Assembly (NCBI GenBank): GCA_965203445.1
Contig: OZ241883.1
Coordinates: 2,048,001-2,112,000 of the forward strand
DNA length: 64,000 bases
Source: Candidatus Oxydemutator sp.
GTDB taxonomy: Bacteria; Pseudomonadota; Gammaproteobacteria; Poriferisulfidales; Oxydemutatoraceae
Reading direction: 5' to 3'
Shown here: in pieces, positions 22,693-33,788 of the stretch
How positions within the stretch are numbered: position 1 is the first letter of the stretch
How the letters are laid out: each line of letters opens with the position of its first letter
The notes under the pieces: generated by a model
Database searches by the model: none
What the model was told of the DNA's origin: nothing
What the model saw: the letters and a program-made list of their open reading frames with translations, nothing else
Position numbers and translations under genes: made by a program

Positions 22693-23469
22693 CTACGCGC
22701 TGCATCGAGAGGCACGACCCGGTGACCACCTCGACGAAGCGGCGGCTTTCTCCAGGTCTTCCTCGGTGTCTATGCCAAGGTGGCGCGAGTGGCGGGCCAG
22801 GACGATGCGGATGCGATGGCCGGATTCCAACAGGCGCAGTTGCTCCAACTTCTCGCGGCGCTCGAGGGAGGAGCGGGGCAGCGCGGCGTACTGCCTGAGG
22901 GTTGCGTGGCGGTAGGCGTAGATGCCCAGATGACAAAGCCAGTCGCCCTCGCCGGCGGGAATCGGGGAGCGGCTGAAATACAGCGCGAATCCGGCCGCGT
23001 CGCGGACTACCTTGACCTTGTTCGCATCGTCCTTGCCTCGCGGCGAAGTCACTGCGGCGGCGAGCGTCGCGCAGCCGGCGTCCTCGGCGGCGAGACCGGC
23101 GGCCAGGCGGTTGACGTCGGCGGCCTCCAAAAACGGCTCGTCCGCCTGCACGTTGACGACCACCATATCATCCGGCCACCCTCTGGCCGCGGCCACCTCG
23201 GCGACGCGGTCGGTGCCGCTTGCGTGGGTGCCCGCCGTCATGCAGACGTCGCCGCGCACGCTTTCCATGCATTCGGCGATGCGCTTATCGTCGGTGGCGA
23301 CTATCACCTCATCCGCGGCGCTGGCGAGCGCGTTGTCGTACACGTGCCGTATCAGCGGCCGCCCCGCCAAGTTGCGCAACGGCTTGCCCGGCAGCCTGTG
23401 CGAGCGATAGCGCGCGGGAATGACGATCTTGAACTCAGGTATCGGGGTGTTTCTTCCGGTGGCTTTCAT
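22693..23469 (-). CDS. kdsB: CMP-KDO synthetase
   Basis: [53 protein letters not shown]. Confidence 0.94.
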   Translation of the reverse strand: MKATGRNTPIPEFKIVIPARYRSHRLPGKPLRNLAGRPLIRHVYDNALASAADEVIVATDDKRIAECMESVRGDVCMTAGTHASGTDRVAEVAAARGWPDDMVVVNVQADEPFLEAADVNRLAAGLAAEDAGCATLAAAVTSPRGKDDANKVKVVRDAAGFALYFSRSPIPAGEGDWLCHLGIYAYRHATLRQYAALPRSSLERREKLEQLRLLESGHRIRIVLARHSRHLGIDTEEDLEKAAASSRWSPGRASRCSA

Positions 23470-23641
23470 ACTCCTCCTGGAAGATCTGCCGCGCTTCTTC
23501 GGGCAGCATGACCGGGATGCCGTCGCGCACCGGATAGGCCAGGCGCGCCGACAACGAGAGCAATTCCTGCCGCTCGCGGTCGTAGATCAACGCGCCTTTC
23601 GTCACCGGACAGACGAGTATATCGAGCAAATGTTCATCCAT
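23435..23641 (-). CDS. ycaR: Trm112-family protein YcaR
   Basis: [17 protein letters not shown]...[18 protein letters not shown], between lpxK and kdsB. Confidence 0.9.
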   Translation of the reverse strand: MDEHLLDILVCPVTKGALIYDRERQELLSLSARLAYPVRDGIPVMLPEEARQIFQEEYESHRKKHPDT

Positions 23642-24674
23642 TGAGCAGCACCTCGACCCGGTCCAGCAGTTGTTCCTCGAAATCGGCGTCGAGCCGCGCT
23701 TCGGTATCGACGATCCACGCGTCGTGCAAAGTGCGCCGCCAAGCCGCGGCGTCGGAACGCGCCGCGGCTTGGCATTGTACTCCATCCTTCGCGGTCATGA
23801 CAACGGCGAGATCGTCGCCAAAACGCAGATCGGATCCGCGATAGGCGTGATGATCGGGAAACACGTGCCGCTGCGATTTCATGCCAAGATCATCCAATAG
23901 TTCGAAGAAACGATCCGGATTGCCGATACCGGCGCAGGCGTGGACGCGCTTGCCTCGGAAATAATCGCAAGCCTCCTCGCGCCCGCTCAGCAGGTGGCGC
24001 AAACGCAACGGGCGCACCTCCATGCGCCGAGGTTCGGCGATTCCGGCGACGGGCGCCGTGTCGCTGCCGTTGACAACGACGTAATCTACCGTCTCGAGGC
24101 GCGACAGCGGTTCGCGCAGCGGGCCCGCGGGCAGCAGGCGCCCGTTGCCGAACTTTCTGCCGCCGTCGACGACGACGATCTCAAGCGAGCGCGGCAGCGC
24201 GAAATGCTGCAAACCGTCGTCCGACAAGATCAATTCGACGCCGCAGTTTTCGATCAGATACTGAGCTGCTTCCCGGCGGCGCGCCGCTATCACAATCGGG
24301 CAGCCGGTCTCGTCGGCGATCAGGCGAGGTTCGTCGCCGACCAAGAGCGCGTCATCGTCGGTGTGCACGCGGTGGGGAAAGCGCCGCAAACGCGACCGAT
24401 AACCGCGGCTGACAATGCCGATATGATGGCCTCTATTCTTAAGAAGCCGCGCCAAATAAATGACAAAAGGGGTCTTTCCGCTGCCGCCTGTAGTAAGGTT
24501 GCCGACGACGATAACCGGAACCGCCAGCGCCGGCGACGAACGTCGCCCCAGCACGCGCGCGACGATGAAGCCGAGGCGGTAGATCGCCGCCAAAGGCGCC
24601 AGCCAGGCGCCCGCCCGGTGGCCGCCGTACCAGACGCGCGCGGCAACGTCGCTCGCCAAAGCGCGCGCGTTCAC
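23634..24674 (-). CDS. lpxK: Tetraacyldisaccharide 4'-kinase
   Basis: [57 protein letters not shown]; GTG overlaps msbA stop. Confidence 0.94.
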   Translation of the reverse strand: MNARALASDVAARVWYGGHRAGAWLAPLAAIYRLGFIVARVLGRRSSPALAVPVIVVGNLTTGGSGKTPFVIYLARLLKNRGHHIGIVSRGYRSRLRRFPHRVHTDDDALLVGDEPRLIADETGCPIVIAARRREAAQYLIENCGVELILSDDGLQHFALPRSLEIVVVDGGRKFGNGRLLPAGPLREPLSRLETVDYVVVNGSDTAPVAGIAEPRRMEVRPLRLRHLLSGREEACDYFRGKRVHACAGIGNPDRFFELLDDLGMKSQRHVFPDHHAYRGSDLRFGDDLAVVMTAKDGVQCQAAARSDAAAWRRTLHDAWIVDTEARLDADFEEQLLDRVEVLLNG

Positions 24675-26479
24675 GCGATTATTTTGTTCGCTTCGGAAGC
24701 GCTGTACAAGCGACAATAGCGCCCGCGCGCGGCCATTAATTCCTCGTGCGTGCCCTGCTCGACGACGCGCCCCTGCGACAGCAGCACGATACGGCTCGCC
24801 AATGCTATCGTCGAGAAACGGTGCGCGATGATCAGCATCGTCCGGGTGCCCGCGATCTCGGCGAGAGCCGCCTGCACCGCGCGCTCGGACTCGGCGTCGA
24901 GTGCCGACGTGGCCTCGTCGAAAATCAGAATCGCCGACTCCTTCAACAGACCCCTGGCGATCGCGACGCGCTGGCACTGGCCGCCCGACAGGCGCGCGCC
25001 GGCGTTGCCTACCGGCGTGTCGAAGCCGCGCGGCAGGCGCTCGATGAAGTCGAGCGCCTGCGCCTTGCGCGCCGCCTCGATCAGCGCCCGCTCGCTGACG
25101 TCGCGCCCATAGACGATGTTGTTGCGTATCGTGTCGTTGAACAACGCGACGCTCTGGCCGATGTAGGTGATCTGCGCGCGCAACTCGGACAACGAGACGT
25201 CGCGCACGTCGCAGCCGTCTATCTCGATACGCCCCTCGCTGCAATCGTAGAGGCGCGGAATCAAGCCGACCAACGTGGACTTGCCGGCGCCCGACTTGCC
25301 GACCAGGGCGACGCTCTCGCCCGCGTCTATGGACAGATCCACCGCGTGCAGCGCGGCCTCATCGCCAGCGCCGCCGCTATCGTCGCCGTCGTAGCGGTGC
25401 GACACGCCGACGAAGCGGATCGCGCCGCGCCAGCGTCGCCCGGTGCGCCTGCCGGTGTCCCGTTCCGGCGGCGTGTCGAGCAGGCCGAAAATACTCTCGC
25501 CGGCGGCGATGCCCTGCTGGACAACCGCGCTGACGTTGACGAGATTGCGCATCGGCCGAAACAACAGCATGGCCGCGACCACGAACGAGATGAAAGTACC
25601 CACCGAAATCTCGTTGGCGACGATCTGAAAGCTCGCCAGGTAGATGACCCACGCTATGCTGGCGCCGATCAGCAACATCACCACCGGCGCGCCCGCGGCC
25701 CGTGTCAGCGCCATCTTCATGCTGTGCTCGAAGGTGCGCCGGTTGCTGGCGCTGAAGTTCGCCAGCTCGTATTCGTAACCGCCCAGCACCTTGACCGCGC
25801 GGTTGGCGTTGACTACCTGCTCGACGTCGCTGGCCAGGTAGCCCATGGCCCGTTGCAGCTTGCGGCTGATCCTGCGAAAACGCCGGCTCAGGTAGCGCAG
25901 CGCCCACGCGATCACCGGCGCCGCCGCCAGAAAAATCAGCATCAGAAACCATTGGATGTACAACATCCAGGCGAGCAGCCCGACGACGGTCAGGCTGTCG
26001 CGCACGATGATGGTCAACGCCTTGGTCGCCGACGTCGAGATGCGTTCAACGTTATAGATCATCTTCGAGATAACGTCGCCGCTGGCTGCTCGGTCGTAGT
26101 AGGACGAAGGCAGGCACAGCAGGTGCTCGAACACCTCTTGGCGCAACTGCCTCATCACGTGCTGGCCGACGTAGGCCATGCAGTAGCCCGACAGAAAGGC
26201 GCCGACGCCGCGCAACAGCAGGATACCGACCAGGCCTAGCGACAGCAGTGCGCCCTGCTCCGGGTCGCGGGCGACGAAAGTCTCATCGAGAAACGGCTTC
26301 ATGATCGCCGCGAAGCCGACGTCGGTCGCCGAATACACGGCCATACCGAGGATCGCGAGCGCAAACCAGCGCCAGTGCGCCGCGGCGTAGTCCAGCAGCC
26401 GACGATAGACTTGCAGCGGCGAGTACGTCGCGCCGACGCCGGCGTCCGCCTCCGGGCGCACGTCAAGCGCCAGGCGCAT
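24671..26479 (-). CDS. msbA: Lipid A flippase MsbA
   Basis: ABC TMD+NBD (GKSGAGKST, LSGGQ.QR.AIAR, DEATSALD) directly upstream of lpxK; start approximate. Confidence 0.9.
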   Translation of the reverse strand: MRLALDVRPEADAGVGATYSPLQVYRRLLDYAAAHWRWFALAILGMAVYSATDVGFAAIMKPFLDETFVARDPEQGALLSLGLVGILLLRGVGAFLSGYCMAYVGQHVMRQLRQEVFEHLLCLPSSYYDRAASGDVISKMIYNVERISTSATKALTIIVRDSLTVVGLLAWMLYIQWFLMLIFLAAAPVIAWALRYLSRRFRRISRKLQRAMGYLASDVEQVVNANRAVKVLGGYEYELANFSASNRRTFEHSMKMALTRAAGAPVVMLLIGASIAWVIYLASFQIVANEISVGTFISFVVAAMLLFRPMRNLVNVSAVVQQGIAAGESIFGLLDTPPERDTGRRTGRRWRGAIRFVGVSHRYDGDDSGGAGDEAALHAVDLSIDAGESVALVGKSGAGKSTLVGLIPRLYDCSEGRIEIDGCDVRDVSLSELRAQITYIGQSVALFNDTIRNNIVYGRDVSERALIEAARKAQALDFIERLPRGFDTPVGNAGARLSGGQCQRVAIARGLLKESAILIFDEATSALDAESERAVQAALAEIAGTRTMLIIAHRFSTIALASRIVLLSQGRVVEQGTHEELMAARGRYCRLYSASEANKIIA

Positions 26480-26922
26480 CCGGCAGCACCCGGCGAACCA
26501 CGTCGGCGGAATAACCTCGGCGGCGCAGGTAGTTGCCGCGCTTGGCGTACTCACCGTAGTCCGCGGGCGGTGCCTCCCCGAAACGTTTGCGATGGCAGCG
26601 CACGGCGTTATCGAACCAGTCGTCGCCGCCGCCTGCCAGGGCGCGCCGGACGACGTCCTCGTCAAAGCCCCGCTGTATCAGTTCCAGGCGGATGCGCTCC
26701 GGACCGTAAAGACGCCGCCGGCGCTCGGCGACGTAGGCCTCGAGGTAGCGGGCATCGGACAGCCGTCCGTCCGCGCGCAGCCCGGCCAGCGCCCGTGCAA
26801 TCGCCTGCTCGCGGTAGCCGTCGCGGCTGAGCTTGCGCCTTAACTCTTCCTCGTAATATTCTCTTCTGGCAAGGTATTTCAGCGCCTTTTCAAGCGGCGC
26901 ATCCGCCTTCGAGGAGGTCTCG

Positions 26923-26933
<11 letters not shown>
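26463..26933 (-). CDS. recX: Regulatory protein RecX
   Basis: [44 protein letters not shown]; follows recA. Confidence 0.9.
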
Positions 26934-27954
<1,021 letters not shown>

Positions 27955-28261
27955 TTTCCCATCCTTTATTCAGGTGACAAATATGCCAAGAGCGTTCCCG
28001 GCAGCACGGTCGGGAAGTATCCCACATCCGCGCCTTCGGATAAACCGGCGATAAACCGGCCGAGCCGCCCCCGGCCGCCCGGTGGCACGCTACCGCGGGC
28101 GGTCGGCGACTACGGCAAAAGCCCGACGAAACGGCTCATCTGGCCGACGAATGACCGACGGCGGCAGGCCACGAGGAGCGAAGCCGGGCGGCGTGCGCCA
28201 CGATCCGCGTCGGCGGGCACACACCGTCGTATTCATCCGTCTTCGGCCATAATCCAGGTTT

Positions 28262-29062
28262 TCACATCGGCCCCGCCAGCAACTGCGGGTCGAGGCGCCG
28301 CTCAAACCAGTTCACCCGCCAATCGAGGTGCGCTCCGGTGGCGCGGCCGGTGGCGCCGACCTCGGCGATCGGCGCCCCCCGTTCGACGCGCGCCCCGGGC
28401 GCCATCAGCGCTTTGCTCAGGTGCAAAAAAGTCGAAGACACGCCGTAGCCGTGATCGAGCACCAGCGTGATGCCCGAAAAATACATGTCGTGCACCAGGG
28501 TTACGATGCCGCCGGCGGGCGCGCGCACGACGGTGCCCGCGGGCGCCGCGATGTCAACGCCGTAATGCGGGCTGCGCGGCTGGCCGTTGAGAACGCGCGC
28601 GCTGCCGTAGACACCGGTGATCGTATTCTTGAGCGGCCACCGAAATTCGCCGAAGCAGTCCCGATGCTCCAGGGCGCGCCGCCGCACTTCGGCGATCAAC
28701 GCCCGCTCTCGGCGTATGCGCGCGAACGTCTCCGGCGGCGGGTTGACCTGGGCCTCGGCGAGATTGTCTATCCGCTGCACTTCGTAGTTCCTCCGGCGCA
28801 CCGCTACGACGCGTCGCTGCCGCTCGCCGCCGGGAAGCGCGACCTCCAGCTCCGACCGCGCCGGTGCGTCGCGCCCGAAACCGACGACGAAGCGCCCGTC
28901 CGGCGCGACACGCACGTCGCCACCGTCGAACCGTACCTCGGCGCCCGGCGCGACGCGCCCGCGCACCATGCCGCCCTGCGTGAAATCGCCCTCGAGGAAC
29001 AACGGCGGATCACCGGCCAGCGGCGGCGCAAAAGACAGCAGCAAAATTAACAAGCGGCGCAT
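28262..29062 (-). CDS. M23-family metallopeptidase, exported
   Basis: Signal peptide; HYGVD, STFLHLS, GRATGAHLDW zinc motifs. Confidence 0.88.
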   Translation of the reverse strand: MRRLLILLLSFAPPLAGDPPLFLEGDFTQGGMVRGRVAPGAEVRFDGGDVRVAPDGRFVVGFGRDAPARSELEVALPGGERQRRVVAVRRRNYEVQRIDNLAEAQVNPPPETFARIRRERALIAEVRRRALEHRDCFGEFRWPLKNTITGVYGSARVLNGQPRSPHYGVDIAAPAGTVVRAPAGGIVTLVHDMYFSGITLVLDHGYGVSSTFLHLSKALMAPGARVERGAPIAEVGATGRATGAHLDWRVNWFERRLDPQLLAGPM

Positions 29063-29078
29063 GAAACGAGCGGCGCCG

Positions 29079-29348
29079 TCATCGAGGCGGCTTCCAAATG
29101 CCGAAAGCCGATTGCGCCCGCGGCCGCGCGCGGCTGAGATCGGTATAGACGTGGCGCATAAAATCCCTGAGCTCCTCGAGGAGATCGTCCTTATGCGCCG
29201 GCGACGCGCTGTCCGAGGCCACCAGGTAGGCGACGACCGCGGCCAGATATTGCGCCGCTATCAGGGCGTCGTCGCACGCCGGCTCGCGGTGCCGCAAAAC
29301 CTCGACGATCTCCTCCACCAGGCGGCGCGAAAGATTAATTTGCTCCAA
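29079..29348 (-). CDS. Small hypothetical protein
   Basis: 89-aa ORF in operon with GGAGGAG RBS; helical, ends in AFGIWKP. Confidence 0.7.
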   Translation of the reverse strand: MEQINLSRRLVEEIVEVLRHREPACDDALIAAQYLAAVVAYLVASDSASPAHKDDLLEELRDFMRHVYTDLSRARPRAQSAFGIWKPPR

Positions 29349-29900
29349 CGTCTCCTCCTCGAGTCTCGTTCAGGGATCGGCGCGCGCCAAGCGCGGCCAG
29401 GCGCCCGACGACCCGGCGGGCGAGATCGCGGCGCACGTGTCGCAGCGTTCGCCGGCGTTCGCTCTCGCTGGCCGATGGTCTCCTGTCGTCATAAAGATAC
29501 GAACCCTCGGAACGTATGCGTTGTCTCGCAAGCAGCACGCGCCCGTTGTCAGCGTGCACTGAAAACTCGAGGGACGCGGTCACCAGGTACTCGCGCGCCT
29601 TGGCGTCGCCGGTGATCGCCAGCGGCCGCCGCGTGATCTCCTCGCCGGCGAGAACCAGGCGCGCCGGTGCCGCGCCGGCGGCCACGACGCGCACGCCGCG
29701 CACGCGCAGCGCCGATTTCAGCGCCACGCGCAACGGCGCGTGGCGCTGCATGCCCTCGAGCGATATCTTCGCCAACGACGGGGACACGAAGCGCGCGCCA
29801 TGGTCGCTGGCGCCCAACTGGTAGCCGCAAGCGGCCGCGAGCGTCGCCGCGGCGACGCACAACGCGGCAAGCGCGCGCCGGCGGGCGGCGTCAGCGCACG
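29335..29900 (-). CDS. lptE: LPS assembly lipoprotein LptE (start uncertain)
   Basis: Lipobox LAAA-CGYQL and A.EY motif, directly after leuS. Confidence 0.8.
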
Positions 29901-32353
29901 ACGAAATTGACGAGTCTACCCTCGACGTGGATCGTTTTGACAACGTCCTTGCCCTCGATGAAGCGGCGCACCCTGCCGTCGGCCAACGCGCGCTTCTCTA
30001 TCAGCGCGCGTTCACAGCCGTCGGGCAACCGCAGCCTGGCGCGCAGCTTGCCGTCGACCTGCACGACGATCTCGCGATGATCGGTCTGCATCGCGCGCTC
30101 ATCGGCGAGCGGCCACGTGCAGTCGAGCACCGGCGTGCGGTGTCCGAGGCGCCGCCACAGACAATGCATGACGTGCGGCGTCACCGGCGCCATCATTTTG
30201 ACAATCGCCTCGTAGCCTTCGCTCCGGACCTTGCGCCCCTTGTCGGAATCGTCGGCGAACCGCGCCAGCGCGTTGCTCAGCTCCATGTTCGCCGCAATCG
30301 CGGTATTGAAGGAGCAGCGGCGCGCGTAGTCGTCGCTGACCTTGGCGATGGTCGCGTGGATGCGGCGGCGCAGGTCGCGGCATGCGGTCTCGTCGGGCCG
30401 GGCGCCGACGGGCGCGGGTGCCGCCAACGCGCGGCAATGCTCCGACACTTGGCGCCAGAAGCGCCGCAAAAAACGAAAACCGCCCTCGACGCCGGCGTCC
30501 GACCATTCCAGCGCTTGCTCCGGCGGCGCCGCGAACATCAGGAAAAGGCGCACGGTGTCGGCGCCGTACTTTTCTATATAGCGTTCTGGATCCACGGTGT
30601 TGCCTTTCGACTTCGACATCTTCGCGCCGTCCTTCAGCACCATGCCCTGCGTCAGCAGGCGCGTGAACGGTTCGTCGCCCTCGACCAGGCCGAAATCTCG
30701 CATCAGTTTGTGGAAAAAGCGCGCGTACAGCAGATGCAGCACCGCATGCTCTATGCCGCCGACGTAACAGTCCACCGGCAACCAGTAGGCAGCCTCGTCG
30801 TCGGGAAGATTCCTGCCCGCGGCGGCAAAGCGCACATAGTACCAGCTTGATTCAAAAAAAGTATCGAAAGTATCGGTTTCACGAGTAATTTCGCGTCCGT
30901 CACCATCATGCCCCGCGTGCCGAAAATCGGGTAGCTGCGACAATGGCATCACACCGGCGCCGCTCTGCCGAGGCAGGCGTACCGGCAATTCATCCTCGCT
31001 CGCCATGCGACAGTCGCCGTCATGATACAACGCCGGAATCGGTGCTCCCCAGTAGCGCTGCCGCGATACGCCCCAGTCCTTGAGGCGGTAGTTCACGCGC
31101 TCCTCGCCGCGCCCGCGTTCCACCAGGTCGCGCAAAATCGCATCGAACGCGGCGGCAAAATCCATGCCGTCGTAGCGCCCGGAGTCGCACAGCACGCCTT
31201 TTTCGGTGAACGCGCCTCGTTCGAGATCGGTCTCGCTGCCGTCGGCCGGGCGGATGACCCGGCGCAGCGGCAAACCGTGGCGGCGCGCGAATTCCCAGTC
31301 GCGCTGGTCGTGCGCCGGCACCGCCATCACCGCGCCCGCGCCGTATTCCATCAACACAAAGTTGGCGCACCACACCGGCAGCAAATCGCCGCTCAACGGG
31401 TGCAGCGCACGCAGCCCGGTGTCCACGCCGTGCTTCTCCCGGGTCATCGCTTCGGCTTCCGAGGTCGGCCTGCGACGACATTCCTCGACCAGTCCGGCCA
31501 GCGCCGGGTTGCCGTCGAGCAACCCCTCGAGCACCGGGTGTTCGGCGGCGACCGCAACGTAGGTCACACCCATCAGCGTGTCCGGGCGCGTCGTGAACAC
31601 CGTCAATGCGTCGTTCCGACCGGCAAGATCGAAGCGAACGGCGACGCCGCGCGAGCGCCCGATCCAGTTGCGCTGCATCTGCCGCACCTGCTCGGGCCAG
31701 GCTGCGAGGTGCTTAAGGTCGTCCAGCAGCTGCTCGGCGTAGGCGCCGATGCGCAAAAACCACTGCGGTATTTTCTTGCGCTCGACGCGCGCGCCGGAGC
31801 GCCAGCCGAGACCGTCTATGACCTGCTCGTTGGCGAGCACGGTCTCATCCACCGGATCCCAGTTGACCCACGCCTCCTTGCGGTAGGCCAGCCCGCGCTC
31901 GTGCAGCTTCGTGAAAAACCACTGCTCCCAGCGGTAGTAGTCCGCTTCGTTGGTAGCGAACTCGCGCTTCCAGTCGTAGCCGTAACCCAGGCGTTTCAGT
32001 TGTCGCCTCATGTGCGCGATGTTGCGCTCGGTCCATTCCTGCGGCGCGACGCCGCCGGCGCGCGCCGCGTTCTCGGCGGGCAGGCCGAAGGCGTCCCAGC
32101 CCATCGGTTGCAGCACGTTCTTGCCGAGCATCCGCTGGTAGCGGCTGATGACGTCGCCTATCGTGTAATTTCTGACGTGGCCCATGTGCAGCCTGCCGCT
32201 CGGGTACGGGAACATGGACAGGCAGTAGAATTTCTCCCTGGCGTCGTCGCGCACCGCGCGAAAACAGTCGTTTTCCTCCCAGAACGACTGCGCCTGCCGT
32301 TCGATCTGGTGCGGCGCGTAAACGTCCGCCTCAGGACGGTTCGGTGCGGCCAT
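29891..32353 (-). CDS. leuS: Leucyl-tRNA synthetase
   Basis: MFPYPSGRLHMGH (HIGH), WDAFGLPAENAA, TTRPDT, SRQRYWG, KMSKS. Confidence 0.97.
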   Translation of the reverse strand: MAAPNRPEADVYAPHQIERQAQSFWEENDCFRAVRDDAREKFYCLSMFPYPSGRLHMGHVRNYTIGDVISRYQRMLGKNVLQPMGWDAFGLPAENAARAGGVAPQEWTERNIAHMRRQLKRLGYGYDWKREFATNEADYYRWEQWFFTKLHERGLAYRKEAWVNWDPVDETVLANEQVIDGLGWRSGARVERKKIPQWFLRIGAYAEQLLDDLKHLAAWPEQVRQMQRNWIGRSRGVAVRFDLAGRNDALTVFTTRPDTLMGVTYVAVAAEHPVLEGLLDGNPALAGLVEECRRRPTSEAEAMTREKHGVDTGLRALHPLSGDLLPVWCANFVLMEYGAGAVMAVPAHDQRDWEFARRHGLPLRRVIRPADGSETDLERGAFTEKGVLCDSGRYDGMDFAAAFDAILRDLVERGRGEERVNYRLKDWGVSRQRYWGAPIPALYHDGDCRMASEDELPVRLPRQSGAGVMPLSQLPDFRHAGHDGDGREITRETDTFDTFFESSWYYVRFAAAGRNLPDDEAAYWLPVDCYVGGIEHAVLHLLYARFFHKLMRDFGLVEGDEPFTRLLTQGMVLKDGAKMSKSKGNTVDPERYIEKYGADTVRLFLMFAAPPEQALEWSDAGVEGGFRFLRRFWRQVSEHCRALAAPAPVGARPDETACRDLRRRIHATIAKVSDDYARRCSFNTAIAANMELSNALARFADDSDKGRKVRSEGYEAIVKMMAPVTPHVMHCLWRRLGHRTPVLDCTWPLADERAMQTDHREIVVQVDGKLRARLRLPDGCERALIEKRALADGRVRRFIEGKDVVKTIHVEGRLVNFVVR

Positions 32354-33788
32354 AGGCGTCCTCGAAACGCTCGATGTCATCCTCTCCCAGGTAATCCCCG
32401 CATTGCACCTCGATCAGATGCAGAGGTTCGGCGCCGCGATTTTCCAGGCGGTGCTTGACGCCGACCGGTATGCAGACGGATTGATTCGACACAAGCGTCA
32501 ACACTTCGTCGCCAAGCGTGACCCGGGCCTCGCCGCGCACGACGACCCAGTGCTCGGAACGGCGACGGTGCGATTGCAGCGAAAGGCGCTGCCCCGGATT
32601 GACGATCAGGCGCTTGACCTGAAAACCTTCGTCCCGGTCCACGCGCTCGAAGGAACCCCACGGCCGGTACACCTTCCGGTGCCAATCGCTCTCGGCGCGG
32701 CCCGCCTCCCGCAGCCGCGACACCAGCCGTTTGAGCGACTGGCCCGACGCGCGATCCGCGACCAGCACCGCGTCCGGCGTCTCGACGATCACGTGGCCGT
32801 GCACGCCGACGGCGGCGACGAGGCGTCCCGAGGCATAGACCACGTTGTCGCGCGCGTCTTGCAGCACGACGTCGCCCGCGGCGGCGTGAACGGAATTCCC
32901 GGCGGCGTCGCGGCCGACGATGTCGGCGCATGCCTCCCACGAACCCAGATCGGACCAGCCGGCGGCGACCGGCACGACGACCGCGGCCGCGGTCTTCTCC
33001 ATGACCGCGTAGTCAATCGAGACGTCGGTGCTCGCGGCAAAGTCGGGCGCGCCGGCGCGCTCTATGAGGACGTCGGCGACGTCGTCGCGCCGGCGCGCGC
33101 GCCAAGCCCTGGTGCAGGCCTCGAGCAGCGCCGGCTGATGGCGTCCAAGCTCGGCCAGGTACGCCTTTTCGCCGAACAGAAAAATGCCGCTGTTCCAGTA
33201 GCAATCGTCTCTCGCCGCGTACGCCTGCGCCCGCGAAAGCGGCGGCTTTTCGGTGAACTCGGCGACTTGGTGAACACCATCGCCCGTATCGTCGCCGGCG
33301 ATGATGTAGCCGTAGCCGGTCTCGGCGCGAGTCGGTCGAATGCCGAACGTCACCAGCGCGCCCCGCGCCGCGGCCGCGCGGGCCGCGGCAAGGCGCCCGG
33401 CGAAGGAGCGGGGGCCCTCGTCCTCACCGGCGATATAGTGGTCCGACGGCAGCACCAGCATCGCCCCGCCGCCGTCCTCCGCCAGCGCCAACGCCGCCAG
33501 CGCCGTCGCCGGGGCGGTGTTTCTCGCCGCCGGTTCGACCACGATGCGACAGTCGTCGCCGACGGCGCCGGCCTCGTGCAGCCCCTCCAGCGCGAAGAAG
33601 CGGTGCGCCTCGTTGCAGACGATGATGAACTTCGCGCAACCAAGGCGCCGTGCGCGTTCGAGCGTGCGCACGAACAGGCTGCGCCCGCCGATCAACGGCA
33701 GGTACTGTTTCGGAAAGTGGATCCTAGACAGCGGCCACAGGCGCGTGCCCGAACCGCCGCTCAAAACGACCGCGGTCAGCTCAGACAC
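32331..33788 (-). CDS. manC: Mannose-1-phosphate guanylyltransferase/mannose-6-phosphate isomerase
   Basis: GGSGTRLWPLSR..PKQ, EPAARNTAPA, WNSGIF, SIDYAVMEK, WSDLGSW, RPWG cupin. Confidence 0.93.
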   Translation of the reverse strand: MSELTAVVLSGGSGTRLWPLSRIHFPKQYLPLIGGRSLFVRTLERARRLGCAKFIIVCNEAHRFFALEGLHEAGAVGDDCRIVVEPAARNTAPATALAALALAEDGGGAMLVLPSDHYIAGEDEGPRSFAGRLAAARAAAARGALVTFGIRPTRAETGYGYIIAGDDTGDGVHQVAEFTEKPPLSRAQAYAARDDCYWNSGIFLFGEKAYLAELGRHQPALLEACTRAWRARRRDDVADVLIERAGAPDFAASTDVSIDYAVMEKTAAAVVVPVAAGWSDLGSWEACADIVGRDAAGNSVHAAAGDVVLQDARDNVVYASGRLVAAVGVHGHVIVETPDAVLVADRASGQSLKRLVSRLREAGRAESDWHRKVYRPWGSFERVDRDEGFQVKRLIVNPGQRLSLQSHRRRSEHWVVVRGEARVTLGDEVLTLVSNQSVCIPVGVKHRLENRGAEPLHLIEVQCGDYLGEDDIERFEDAYGRTEPS

